In this document: positions 7,363 to 17,507 of the stretch, in pieces
Layout: each line of letters starts with the position of its first letter
Numbering within the stretch: position 1 is the first letter of the stretch
NCBI GenBank assembly: GCA_023245955.1
Contig: JAHFJI010000001.1
Coordinates: 1-44,294, forward strand
From: Candidatus Doudnabacteria bacterium
GTDB taxonomy: Bacteria > Patescibacteriota > Doudnabacteria > UBA920
Reading direction: 5' to 3'
DNA length: 44,294 bases
Position numbers and translations under genes: made by a program
Notes under the pieces: model-generated
What the model was told of the DNA's origin: nothing
Databases searched by the model: none
What the model saw: only the letters and a program-made list of their open reading frames with translations

Positions 7363-10254
7363 ATGCTTGGTACAACCTTAGAAAAAAAATCAATCTCGTT
7401 TTTTATTTTGCTGTTTTTATTCTGGCAGACGTGTGTGGCCGGCTTTTTTTTATTTAGTGTTAAACCAGCTAGCGCTACAGTTGTAACTAACGATACGACT
7501 GGAAATTATACAGATGATTTTGCAGATGGAACTGGCCTTTCCAGCACAAGCAATGCCGCTGTAGATGTGGCAAGCGGAACTGTAAAATTAACTAATGGTA
7601 GTAGCGGTTTTACCGCGCCATTTAACACTAGTGGGTACGTTATTATAAATAAAATTGTACCAGTCAGTGTTGCCAAGTGGGGGACGGTCACCATAACACC
7701 AACAACACCAACCGGTACAACTGCGGGGGTGCAAGTTATAGACGAAGAAGGAACACTTTTTTCCGATTCGCTTGTGCCGGGAAACAGCGCCGGTATTACC
7801 ACTTCGTCTTTTAGTATTTCGGATTTGTCCGTAACCAGAACATCCACGCCCAATAGCAATAGCAGTAATGCAAAGTTTGGCCGCATAGCTTTTAAAATAC
7901 TACTCACAACTTCGGATACATCTGTTACTCCTTCGGTAAATAGTTTCGCCTTTTCTTGGACAGTCAGCCAGGGAGACTTAAGCGCTTCGCCTATAGCAAG
8001 CACAGCCTGGGCTGCCCCAAGAGGTAATAACCAGGCTACTGCTCGCGGCACTTACAATTCTAGCGGAATGTATCCGGCACTCCGCTGGAAAAAAACTATT
8101 GGAATTGATAGTGGCGGACCTTTTGTTCGGGGTGTTGGCGACACTGTGTACTATAAAACTTCGGGTGGCATTGTCACTTGGCCCACCGTTAACGACGGTA
8201 CTTTAACGTCTATAAATAAAAATACTGGAGCAACCCAGTGGAGTAGAGTTTTTTCCGGTAATGCTTTTACCAATACAGATTTTACTCTCTCCGCAAACGG
8301 AACTATATATCATTCAGACCAATTCCATGATATGTTCATGGCTTTTGACGGAACAGACGGTAGTCTTAAATGGACGTATCAATTTACGAGCGGGCATAGT
8401 AATACGGAAGCATCTATAGGTTCAGACGGAACTATTTACACCATACGTACCGACGATAGCACTTTCGTTAACGTGTATGCCTTTAACCCAGACGGCTCGG
8501 TTAAATGGATAAAGACAGTTGTACCAAATGGGAGTAAGTTTTCTGGAGGACCAATTTCTATTGGCAGTGATGGCACAGTCTATTTTGTTACCCAAACGTA
8601 CGACAACAGTTTTAACAATACAAATAACGGACTTTTGTACGCGCTTAACCCGACCGATGGCTCTACAAACTTTACCTATGCTACCGGTGATTCGAGCCTC
8701 TATCCGGTTATAGACTCGAGTGGCGTAATTTATGTTGCCAATACTTCTTTAGCCTCCTTACCCAAGAGCATAACCGCGGTAAATTCAAATGGAACACTTA
8801 AGTGGGTGTATAGTTTAGGCACGACCACCCAGTCTTGGAGTTCGCTTGCCTTGCGACTAGACGGCGTGCTACTAGCAGAACGTGTTACCTCCACCTATCC
8901 CACAACCGGTGGTCTGGTAGAAGCTATAAACACTTCGGACGGTACACTTGCTTGGTCAAAACCATTTAGCGACAACAATGGAATTTTTACCCACGTCTTT
9001 ATGACTAATGCGTCTAATGGTTTTTACCGTTCCAGTGTGTTAATACCTGCGAGTGCATCGTTTTCCTTTTTCGACTCGAGCGGGAATAACAAGTGGAACA
9101 TAGTAAGAGACGGCGGAATTGGGTCTAATACTATTATTTACCAGTATGCCATGGAAGATGAAGACGGCAATTTATACATTAATGCAAACCATGCTGGGAT
9201 AGAAGACGTAATTGTTAACACGGTGCCTTGGACTTTGCAAGCTTCTACTAGCACGGTAGCGCCCATCCACGGCGATGCAATTCTATTTTCTGTTACTACT
9301 TCCATGCTGCAAACAAACCCATTAACTGGAGATAGCAATCAAATGCAAGCTGTTATGGATAATGGCACCAAAGTGCCACTTACTTATTCTTCAACAAATA
9401 GTTCAGGTAACACCGTTTGGTCTAGTGCCTATTACACTATTCCAGGTAGCATGGCCTACGGAAGGCATGCGTATACTGTTGAGGCAAACGCAGCTGGGCT
9501 CCAGACAGATGTCCCAGTTAATTTTGCTTCTCCAGCCACTAACTCAAGTAACACTGGTTTAACTACAACTGGCGAGTTTAGTGTGCAAGCAAGTGGCAGT
9601 GGTTTGCCGTCTGGCGCGTATGAACTCCCTAAAATTCCTATTGGAGGCTTTGCTATAGTAGTGAACCATGGAGAGGGTGTAGCAGCGGACAGGAAAGTAA
9701 CGCTACACTTTAATGCCGGTGCAGATGTTAAAAAAATAGCTCTTTCTATGTCTAGCGACTTTGTTGGAGCAAGCCAAGAGCCTTATACAGAAAGTAAATT
9801 GTGGGATGTATGTTCTATCTATTCCGGAGCAGTGGTTAAGCCACTGTGCCCAGATGGTAATTACACGATATATGCAAAGTTTTATACAGCTTGGGGACAA
9901 ACATCGCCTGTTGTTTCAAAAGATATAATTTTAAAAACAGTGGTGGACAAGGTACATAATAAAAAAGTGGCTAGCGCCACTATTCATGCGCCGGCTCAAT
10001 ATGGAGAATTTACGCGCGATTTAAAATACGGTTCCAGTAATCAGCAGGTTATGTGGCTACAAAATGTATTAAAGAACTTAGGCTATTTTCCAGTGCTTGT
10101 TAAGTCGAGCGGTAATTTTGGTGCTATTACAAGGCAATCTTTAAAAAAGTTTCAGTGTGCAAGAAAGATTGCCTGCACAGGCGCGGGTTTAAAAAGTGAG
10201 TATGGCCAAGTGGGCGCAAAAACTAGAGACATACTAAACCAAGTAGTGCAATAA
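7363..10254 (+). CDS. large secreted protein with PQQ-like beta-propeller repeats and C-terminal peptidoglycan-binding domain
   Basis: Repeats such as AFDGTDGSLKW, IGSDGTIY, AFNPDGSVKW. C-terminal RDLKYGS..QVMWLQNVLKNLGYF..GNFGAIT..FQ..GQVGAKT. ATG at 7363 preferred over GTG at 7291. Confidence 0.8.
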   Translation: MLGTTLEKKSISFFILLFLFWQTCVAGFFLFSVKPASATVVTNDTTGNYTDDFADGTGLSSTSNAAVDVASGTVKLTNGSSGFTAPFNTSGYVIINKIVPVSVAKWGTVTITPTTPTGTTAGVQVIDEEGTLFSDSLVPGNSAGITTSSFSISDLSVTRTSTPNSNSSNAKFGRIAFKILLTTSDTSVTPSVNSFAFSWTVSQGDLSASPIASTAWAAPRGNNQATARGTYNSSGMYPALRWKKTIGIDSGGPFVRGVGDTVYYKTSGGIVTWPTVNDGTLTSINKNTGATQWSRVFSGNAFTNTDFTLSANGTIYHSDQFHDMFMAFDGTDGSLKWTYQFTSGHSNTEASIGSDGTIYTIRTDDSTFVNVYAFNPDGSVKWIKTVVPNGSKFSGGPISIGSDGTVYFVTQTYDNSFNNTNNGLLYALNPTDGSTNFTYATGDSSLYPVIDSSGVIYVANTSLASLPKSITAVNSNGTLKWVYSLGTTTQSWSSLALRLDGVLLAERVTSTYPTTGGLVEAINTSDGTLAWSKPFSDNNGIFTHVFMTNASNGFYRSSVLIPASASFSFFDSSGNNKWNIVRDGGIGSNTIIYQYAMEDEDGNLYINANHAGIEDVIVNTVPWTLQASTSTVAPIHGDAILFSVTTSMLQTNPLTGDSNQMQAVMDNGTKVPLTYSSTNSSGNTVWSSAYYTIPGSMAYGRHAYTVEANAAGLQTDVPVNFASPATNSSNTGLTTTGEFSVQASGSGLPSGAYELPKIPIGGFAIVVNHGEGVAADRKVTLHFNAGADVKKIALSMSSDFVGASQEPYTESKLWDVCSIYSGAVVKPLCPDGNYTIYAKFYTAWGQTSPVVSKDIILKTVVDKVHNKKVASATIHAPAQYGEFTRDLKYGSSNQQVMWLQNVLKNLGYFPVLVKSSGNFGAITRQSLKKFQCARKIACTGAGLKSEYGQVGAKTRDILNQVVQ

Positions 10255-10314
10255 TTGGGCCAGGTGTGCTACCATATAGTGGTAAAATAAATTTAATTAT
10301 TTTTAAAGAAAAAT

Positions 10315-11841
10315 ATGAAAAGAAAATTTCAACTTGTTGTTTCTATGAGTACGGTCGCACTAATGGTGTTACTTGTTCCAAATTTAGCCTCAGCAGCGTT
10401 AACCCTTAATAGCACTACTATTTTATCTGATGTAGGGCTTAACTTAACCGCTGCTGCAGCATCTACGCATGTTTTACCTGCCAGCACCGCAAGCGCGCTA
10501 CAAGTGACAGATGGAACCAATTCTTTTCTTACCGTAGACACTAGCACCACAACCTCTGGCGCATCTGCTCTTTCAGTTGTTGCCGGTACGGCACCTACTA
10601 TTGCCTCCGCGAGTGGCGCGGAATACACCACTCTTACCGTAACACCGCCAACCATTACCCTGACTGGTACCACCGCTGTTACTTCTACCATGGATAGCAT
10701 ACGTTTCTCCCAGCCAACCATTACCGACGCTTCTGCTGTTACTGTAAGTAATGCTGCAACCGTAACCATAGCCGGAGCACCAATCCCAGCAGGTTCTGCA
10801 ACCATAACCCAAGCCAGTGGATTAAAGATAGAAGCAGGAGCAGTGGCCAGTGGCGCAACCCGTGCCTACGGACTCTTTGTTGATTCTCCAACCAGCGGGA
10901 CAGCAAACTACGCTGCTTTGTTTAATACGGGTAATGTGGGGATAGGTGTTGCTGCACCGGCCGGTCCTTTAGATGTAAGAAATACTACAACGAGCACGAG
11001 TACATATTATGGAACTCTTATTGTTCCTACAGATAACGCCAGCGGTACTTTAAGTGATAGAGCCGGCTTGCTTTTAAGTATGAGTGTTACAAATAACACT
11101 GCGAAAACTATTACTAATGTGAACACTCTGTCTGTCTCGGTAAATGATTCAGGAGATAACACTACCATAACGAATTATAGAGCTGGTAATTTCTCCACAG
11201 GCATTGCTTTCGGTATGTCTACGGTAGCCATTACCAACATGGTAGGCTTAGAAACTCTTCTGACCATTGGCAGTGGTAGTAGCCTCACCGTTACTAACGG
11301 TTATGGACTTAAGGTGAAAGGGCCTACCTTTGGTGCTGGGACTATTACGAACAACTACGGTGTGCACATAGAAGACCAGACCAATACTGGAAGTGGCACC
11401 ATTACCAACAACTGGAACCTGTACTCGGCTGGTTCTACTACCCGTAACTATTTTGGTGGGAGCGTGGCTATTGGCGTTACATCTACAACTAGCAACTCTA
11501 AACTAGAAGTTAAAGACGGGCACTATGCTTCTACCCAAACTACAGCGCCAACCTCTAGCGTAACCGGTACAGGTTATTCCGGGTCTTCCATGGTCAGCGG
11601 CAGTACAGATACAAAAGGTGGTATAACCGCAACAGTGGGCGCTGCTGCTGGCACGCTCGTAGTAACTTTTAACGCTGCCTATGCAACAGCGCCAATCTGT
11701 ACTGCAAGTCCAGCCACCGCAACCGGTCAGGTAGATGTGATTAAAATGTACGTAACTTCTTCAACTTCTGTTCTAACCTTAAATTTTGTCGCCACGCCAA
11801 CTGGTGGTAGCGAAACCTGGAATTACATTTGCGTGCAATAG
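10315..11841 (+). CDS. secreted Thr/Ser/Gly-rich beta-strand repeat surface protein
   Basis: Signal peptide ending ASA. GNVGIG / GSVAIG motifs as in fibre-like surface proteins. Confidence 0.7.
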   Translation: MKRKFQLVVSMSTVALMVLLVPNLASAALTLNSTTILSDVGLNLTAAAASTHVLPASTASALQVTDGTNSFLTVDTSTTTSGASALSVVAGTAPTIASASGAEYTTLTVTPPTITLTGTTAVTSTMDSIRFSQPTITDASAVTVSNAATVTIAGAPIPAGSATITQASGLKIEAGAVASGATRAYGLFVDSPTSGTANYAALFNTGNVGIGVAAPAGPLDVRNTTTSTSTYYGTLIVPTDNASGTLSDRAGLLLSMSVTNNTAKTITNVNTLSVSVNDSGDNTTITNYRAGNFSTGIAFGMSTVAITNMVGLETLLTIGSGSSLTVTNGYGLKVKGPTFGAGTITNNYGVHIEDQTNTGSGTITNNWNLYSAGSTTRNYFGGSVAIGVTSTTSNSKLEVKDGHYASTQTTAPTSSVTGTGYSGSSMVSGSTDTKGGITATVGAAAGTLVVTFNAAYATAPICTASPATATGQVDVIKMYVTSSTSVLTLNFVATPTGGSETWNYICVQ

Positions 11842-11860
11842 GTCTAGCTCTAACTGTTAA

Positions 11861-11887
11861 AAAAATCCCGCGCTAAGCGGGATTTTT
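11861..11887. terminator. intrinsic terminator
   Basis: AAAAATCCCGC-loop-GCGGGATTTTT between convergent genes. Confidence 0.7.
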
Positions 11888-11960
11888 GTTTTCAATAGAC
11901 ACGGGAAGTGGCCGAGTTCTTTCCTAGGTAAAAAAATACTCCAACAACCGGACGAGGTTT

Positions 11961-12956
11961 TTAGTTTGCTTGAATTATTTCCCATGTAGCACCAGTGCGT
12001 TTTAAAATACCAGGAAAGGCGAAGCCTGCGGCGTTGCGGTGACCGCCACCGCCTAAGAGGCGGGCAAGTATGCCCACGTCTACACCACCACCAGGTTTAT
12101 GAGGGTCGCTACGTAAGCTGCCCTTTACTAGGTTGCCGTCTTGTTTTAGGAACATAGCAAACCTAGCTTCTGGAACTTTATTTATAGATTCCACAAATTC
12201 TTGGAATACAGACTGAGGAGGATTCCCAAGGATTTCTAAATCACGGGAGTCAATGACTCCGCAAATCATGCCAGACTCTGGCACTACCCAGGTATTGTTT
12301 AAAGCAAGACTCCAGGCTTTAAGCGTTTTTGCATCTTTGTTGCCGAATACTTGACTAGCAATTTGGCTAGGTCTTGCTCCTTTTGTGAGTAGGGTGCTAG
12401 CGGTTCTTAAAGTAGAAACTTTGGTATTTGTATGCATAAAAGAGCCGGTATCTGTCATAATGCCAGCAAGTAGACAAGTGGCGGTATTTTGATTAATTAT
12501 CCATCCATTTGCTTGTATAAATTCGTACATGAGTTCGGCCACGGAAGAAGCTTCCGGGTTTACCACATTTATTTGTCCATAGAGTTTGTTATCTGGGTGG
12601 TGGTCAAAGTTTATAATCGGACAATTGATACTTGTGAGTTCCGGGATATTTGCTCGTTTTAGGTCGGAGCAACCAGAAATAACCACGTAGTCTGGTTTTA
12701 TGTTTTTGGGCAATCCTTCCGTTACCCATTCGCTCCCAGGTAAAAACTTAAGTTGCTCAGGCACTCCACCAATCACTCCTATGTGAACTCTTTTGCCTAA
12801 GTTTTGCAGTGTGTGGGCAAGTGCCAGTACTGTACCTAGGTCGTCACCGTCGGTGCGCTCATGGGTAGTAAAAAAAATAACTGCGGATGCTTTTAAAGCT
12901 TCCGCGGCAAGTGTAAAATTTATATGTAATTTATCTCCATTGTCTGCGTATTGCAT
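11961..12956 (-). CDS. nrnA: DHH/DHHA1 oligoribonuclease / pAp phosphatase
   Basis: HERTDGDD, NFDHH, GIMTDTGSF, SLRS, GGGGHRNAAG. Follows rbfA. Confidence 0.85.
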   Translation of the reverse strand: MQYADNGDKLHINFTLAAEALKASAVIFFTTHERTDGDDLGTVLALAHTLQNLGKRVHIGVIGGVPEQLKFLPGSEWVTEGLPKNIKPDYVVISGCSDLKRANIPELTSINCPIINFDHHPDNKLYGQINVVNPEASSVAELMYEFIQANGWIINQNTATCLLAGIMTDTGSFMHTNTKVSTLRTASTLLTKGARPSQIASQVFGNKDAKTLKAWSLALNNTWVVPESGMICGVIDSRDLEILGNPPQSVFQEFVESINKVPEARFAMFLKQDGNLVKGSLRSDPHKPGGGVDVGILARLLGGGGHRNAAGFAFPGILKRTGATWEIIQAN

Positions 12957-12960
12957 GGGT

Positions 12961-13320
12961 TTAGCTGTCTTTGTGGATTTTGTCCATTAACTCCGAGAGG
13001 TGCTGAGCCTGTCTTGGTGAAGTATCTAGGTGAAATTCTAGCCTAGGTATTACTTTCATAGCCAATTCCCTGTTTATTTCCCCTTGTATGTGGTATATGT
13101 TGCTTTTGAGCTCAGCTAAAACCACTTCGTCTTTACCACCAAAAATAGATAGCCACACTTTTGCCACCCTCATATCTGGGGTTACGTCCACTTTACTTAC
13201 AGTGGCTAGTGAGTTGGTTTCCAGGGTATATTCTCTTATAATTGGCCCAAGAAGGGCTTGGATAAGACTCCCTACCCGTTCTGGCCTCACACTGTGGTCT
13301 TTGGGGTTTTTATCTGTCAT
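12961..13320 (-). CDS. rbfA: ribosome-binding factor A
   Basis: RPERV..., VDVTPDMRVAKVW, IPRLEFHLD. Downstream of infB. Confidence 0.9.
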   Translation of the reverse strand: MTDKNPKDHSVRPERVGSLIQALLGPIIREYTLETNSLATVSKVDVTPDMRVAKVWLSIFGGKDEVVLAELKSNIYHIQGEINRELAMKVIPRLEFHLDTSPRQAQHLSELMDKIHKDS

Positions 13321-13434
13321 AAATAATTAGTATTATTCTCTACGAACTTATGAAATGTACGAAATTGCGAAAATAAGAATCAGGTAAAAGTACAGGTTTC
13401 GTACTTTCGTAATGGTTAGTAAGTTCGTAGAGGT

Positions 13435-15360
13435 CTAAAGGCTTTTCTGCTTTAAGACTTCCTCAAAAGATTCTAATATATCTCCTACTTTTACTACTAT
13501 GCTACCTTTTATTTTCATACCAAACTCATGGCCGCTACTAACTTCTTTGGTGGCCACTTTTTGTTCTTGTAACTCTATAATATCTACTTTTCCTAAATTA
13601 ACTTCTCCACGCCAGATGGCCAATTGTTTGTTTTTACGGAGTTCGCCGTCTTTTACTTTACCGCCGATAATCATTTCACCTTTTTCGGTCCGGAAGATAG
13701 CTAGTATCTCCGCTTTTCCAAAAGTTGTATGTTCGTATTCTGGGGTAAAGAGTTTTACTACAGCTGTGGTAATGTCTTCTAGTAGCTCGTAAATAACTTC
13801 GTAAGTGTCTACGCTTACTTGTTTTTGCTTGGCCAGATTTATAGCCTTGGGATTAGTTTTCGTTCTGAAAGCAATTATAGTTGCCTTGCTTGAACTGGCT
13901 AGCAAGACGTCCGATTCATTTACTTCTCCAACGCCTTGGCTAACTAGGCTAATGGTAACTTCATCATTTTTGAGCTTGGCCAGTGACTGGTTTATGGCTT
14001 CTAGTGAGCCAGCTACATCTGCTTTTATAATTAAGTTGACTGTTTTGCTGGTGCTGTCCCCTTGAAGCTGGGTTTTTGTCTTAAGCGTATGGCTTCGTTT
14101 TTGACGTAGAGCAAAGTCTGCCAAGTTTTTAGCTGTATCTATTGCATCCAAAGTTTGAATAATGTCTCCTGCTTCTGGCGCAACGGAAAAACCAGAAACT
14201 TCTACAGGTGTGGCGGGGGTAACGTTCTTGAGCTTTCTCCCCCGTTCATCTTCTAGGCTCTTAATGCGTCCATAGCCACAGCCGGCTACTATAATGTCGC
14301 CTACGCGCATGGTACCATTTTGTACAATTACGCTGGCAACTGCACCCTTACCGCGTTCGGTGTGAGATTCTATAACTGTGCCAACAGCACGACCATTCGG
14401 GTTTGCTCGGTAATTTTCTACTTCGGCTAGTAGTAAAAGCATGTCTAAGAGCTGGTCTATGCCCTGATTGTTTTTGGCTGATACTTCTACAGCAATGGTC
14501 TTTCCACCCCATTCTTCAGTTACTACGCCAAGGTTAGCCAACTCCTGCTTTACTTTCATAGTGTTGGCGTTTTCTTTATCAACCTTGTTTATAGCAACTA
14601 TAATAGGTACTTCGGAAAACTTGGCTCGGTTTATAACTTCTACTGTTTGTGGGCGTACGCCGTCATCGGCTGCGACTACGAGTACTATTAAATCGGTTAC
14701 GTTTGCGCCACGCGCGCGCATTTCAGAAAAGGCTTCGTGCCCAGGTGTATCAAGAAAAGTAATAAGCTTGCCGTTGTGTTTTACTTGATACGCACCAATA
14801 TGCTGAGTAATACCACCGGACTCTCCACCAACAACATCGGTTTTGCGGATAGCATCTAGTAGCGTGGTTTTTCCATGGTCTACGTGGCCCATAACTGCCA
14901 CAATTGGTGGGCGAGACACTAAGGACTCTTCTGTTTCTTGGTTGAGTATTTCTTGTAGTTGGCCTGTGCCAATGCTGGCTTTATTGCTCTGCTCTTCTGC
15001 TAGTACTTCAAAGCCCATGTCCTGTGCAATAATCGTTGCGGTGTCATAGTCTATCTCCTCGTTTATGGTAGCCATGACCCCATTTTGGATGAGTACTTTG
15101 ATTATCTCAGTAACAGGCTTTTTTAGAAGTTCGGCAAAGTCTCTCACTTTTATAAACGGTGGAATGTGAACAGTTATAGGGGTAACTGGGCCAGTTGGAG
15201 CAACGACTTTCTTTGGGCTGAGGGCTTCAAAAATCCGATTAGCTACAAAATTATCTAGCTTATTGGCTCTTGGGGGTATGTTAATACCAGCTGCGGCTGC
15301 CTTGGTCCGAAGTTCTGGGATGGATAGATTTAGTTGTGAAGATAAACTAGATAAGTTCAT
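13435..15360 (-). CDS. infB: translation initiation factor IF-2
   Basis: RPPIVAVMGHVDHGKTTLLD, GGITQHIGAY, DTPGHEAF, NKVD. Confidence 0.97.
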   Translation of the reverse strand: MNLSSLSSQLNLSIPELRTKAAAAGINIPPRANKLDNFVANRIFEALSPKKVVAPTGPVTPITVHIPPFIKVRDFAELLKKPVTEIIKVLIQNGVMATINEEIDYDTATIIAQDMGFEVLAEEQSNKASIGTGQLQEILNQETEESLVSRPPIVAVMGHVDHGKTTLLDAIRKTDVVGGESGGITQHIGAYQVKHNGKLITFLDTPGHEAFSEMRARGANVTDLIVLVVAADDGVRPQTVEVINRAKFSEVPIIVAINKVDKENANTMKVKQELANLGVVTEEWGGKTIAVEVSAKNNQGIDQLLDMLLLLAEVENYRANPNGRAVGTVIESHTERGKGAVASVIVQNGTMRVGDIIVAGCGYGRIKSLEDERGRKLKNVTPATPVEVSGFSVAPEAGDIIQTLDAIDTAKNLADFALRQKRSHTLKTKTQLQGDSTSKTVNLIIKADVAGSLEAINQSLAKLKNDEVTISLVSQGVGEVNESDVLLASSSKATIIAFRTKTNPKAINLAKQKQVSVDTYEVIYELLEDITTAVVKLFTPEYEHTTFGKAEILAIFRTEKGEMIIGGKVKDGELRKNKQLAIWRGEVNLGKVDIIELQEQKVATKEVSSGHEFGMKIKGSIVVKVGDILESFEEVLKQKSL

Positions 15361-15568
15361 GAATGAAAGATACCAATATACAAATGAGTACGAATGGAAC
15401 TAATGGATACAAATAATACTCTGGATTATGAGTACAACTGTTAAATTGTACAGAAAATAAGGGGAAAAAGCAAGCTCCGGAATTGCAGATTGCAGATTGC
15501 AGATTGTAGATTTGAATAACAAAATAAGGTCATAATTCAATTTGCAATTTAAAATCTGCAATTTGCAA

Positions 15569-16414
15569 TTAGAATGTTCGCAGTTTTCCTACTATCATAC
15601 GTTGTTTTTTGCCGGCCATTTTTACTGTGGTTGGGAATTTGGCGACTGGTCTTCCAAACATGGTAAGGGTTTGACCTCTCGGCTCTAAAAATTCTACAGA
15701 GGTACAAGAAATAACTGTTGCATTAGGTAGCGACTCCAGCCTTCCTTCTTTGAGGGTTTCTCGTATTTTTAACGTATCCAATCTAGAGGTTTTTTCTATT
15801 AGCATTAGATCCAGATACCCATCTGTAGGGTTGGCAATTTTCTGGTGTTTGGTGGAAGCGCCTCTACTATTTACTAAGAGACCACCTGGGCCAGTAATAT
15901 CTAAAATATATGAATTATCTATTTTGAGTTGCCAGTTAGTGCTTGGTCGTGAAAAGAGTTGTAGCGTCTTCCAGAGTCCAGCTTGCTCTAAATTTTGGCT
16001 CATTATTCCAAACTCTAGAAAACTAATAAAGTAAAAAGAGCCAATTACCGCTAGGTCTATATTGGCGATTCTCCGAGCGGCGATAGTTTTTACTCCAGTT
16101 GCAATATCGTTTATGCCCAATATGTGTGCTAAATAAGACTCTTTATTGCCAAGTGGAATAAAGCCTAGTAAAAAATCTCGGTGTTTTAGGGCCACTAAAA
16201 CTTGATTTAAGGTGTCGTCACTGCCACAAGCCACTATAGTGCTGGCTCCCCTATTTGCAGCTATATCTACTAAGTCTACTACTGTTTTAAGGGTGGTTAC
16301 CCGGCCTATTTCACCAGAAATGTTAAATTCATGCAAAAGTCCTTGCAATTCTCCTTGCAATTGTTCAAATTTTGGTAGCGCTAGTTTGCCTGGGTCAAGG
16401 ATATAATAGTACAT
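15569..16414 (-). CDS. diacylglycerol/lipid kinase-like protein (degenerate)
   Basis: IVACGSDDTLNQV (canonical GGDGT), LGFIPLG, DGYLDL. Start at 16414 or 16429. Confidence 0.7.
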   Translation of the reverse strand: MYYYILDPGKLALPKFEQLQGELQGLLHEFNISGEIGRVTTLKTVVDLVDIAANRGASTIVACGSDDTLNQVLVALKHRDFLLGFIPLGNKESYLAHILGINDIATGVKTIAARRIANIDLAVIGSFYFISFLEFGIMSQNLEQAGLWKTLQLFSRPSTNWQLKIDNSYILDITGPGGLLVNSRGASTKHQKIANPTDGYLDLMLIEKTSRLDTLKIRETLKEGRLESLPNATVISCTSVEFLEPRGQTLTMFGRPVAKFPTTVKMAGKKQRMIVGKLRTF

Positions 16415-16525
16415 AATAAAAATTTCCAATTTCTAATTTCCAATTTCTAACATAGATGTGCCTGGCCTAAGCCAACAACTCTGTATTGTTTTAGAAATTA
16501 GTAATTAGTAATTAGAAATTATCTT

Positions 16526-16915
16526 TTAGCTCTCTGGGTCTGGCTCGTTTAGTTTTTTACCGGTTTTTTCGCTTGAACCCATAGAACATTTACCCGAAAA
16601 TTGAGCCCCATCTTCTACGCGGAGTATCGCGCAGGAAACATCTCCACTTATACGAGCGGTGCTTTCTAAGATTAAACTCCCAGAAACTTTAATATTTCCA
16701 AGGATTTCCCCTGCCACAGTGCAGTTGCCAGCTGTTACGTTTGCTGTAATCTTAGAAGATTCTCCGGCGTATACATTTTGAGTGGTTTTAACTGTCCCGT
16801 TTACGTGTCCTTCTATACGGATGTTCCCTTCTGAGTTAAAGTCCCCCTGAATCTTAACTGATGGTCCTACTACTGTTTCGGCTGGTCCTGTGGAATTGTC
16901 TTGTATTTTCTCCAT
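16526..16915 (-). CDS. bactofilin (polymer-forming cytoskeletal protein)
   Basis: TVVGPSVKIQGD..IRIEGHVNGTV..ISGDV..LRVEDGAQFSG beta-helix repeats. Confidence 0.9.
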   Translation of the reverse strand: MEKIQDNSTGPAETVVGPSVKIQGDFNSEGNIRIEGHVNGTVKTTQNVYAGESSKITANVTAGNCTVAGEILGNIKVSGSLILESTARISGDVSCAILRVEDGAQFSGKCSMGSSEKTGKKLNEPDPES

Positions 16916-17037
16916 ATTTATGTACTTTTTCTTTAATAGTGAGGTTTTTTATAGTTCTCTGTGGCGCTATTGTAACATTCTGCGTGCTTCCCAGCAACCA
17001 AGCTTTGCGCTATAATATCTTTAATTAATGCCAAAGT

Positions 17038-17244
17038 ATGTCTAAGAAAAAACACCGAGAACAAGAAGCTCAAAACACGCATGCTGGCCTAGTTGCCACA
17101 TCTGAATATTCAGTTATATTTTCAGATTTAACTAGAGTCGTCTTGCTAAATCTATTGTATTTGGGACTTGTTTTGGCTTTGTACTATTATAATCATAAAA
17201 CAGCTTTTCTAGAGCAATATGTAGCCAGACTATTCCATTGGTAA
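17038..17244 (+). CDS. small membrane protein
   Basis: 68-aa ORF with one TM helix and TATAAT just upstream. Confidence 0.6.
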   Translation: MSKKKHREQEAQNTHAGLVATSEYSVIFSDLTRVVLLNLLYLGLVLALYYYNHKTAFLEQYVARLFHW

Positions 17245-17274
17245 TAATTGCTAGTAAATCAAAAAACACCCGAT

Positions 17275-17320
17275 TGATCTGAGCCCCAAAAAGTAGACTC
17301 CTAAAAAAGTCTACTTTTTG
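17275..17320 (+). mobile_element. orphan IS3/IS150-like terminal repeat
   Basis: TGATCTGAGCCCCAAAAAGTAGAC followed by inverted GTCTACTTTTTG resembles IS3-family ends as recalled. No transposase nearby. Confidence 0.45.
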
Positions 17321-17507
17321 TTTTGTGCATACTTAACCGGAGGGATAAATAGCTGGTTCTAAGCAAATTTTAAGTGTTTTGGATTCCGAGGAGACAATAT
17401 TGTCTAGGGTCTGGTGGTGGCTTCTAGAGGAGGAGTTTTTTATTCTGATATATTTGGCTAAAAGATAATTCGGCGATGATGGAGGGGTTTGTGGGGGGTA
17501 AAAAATG

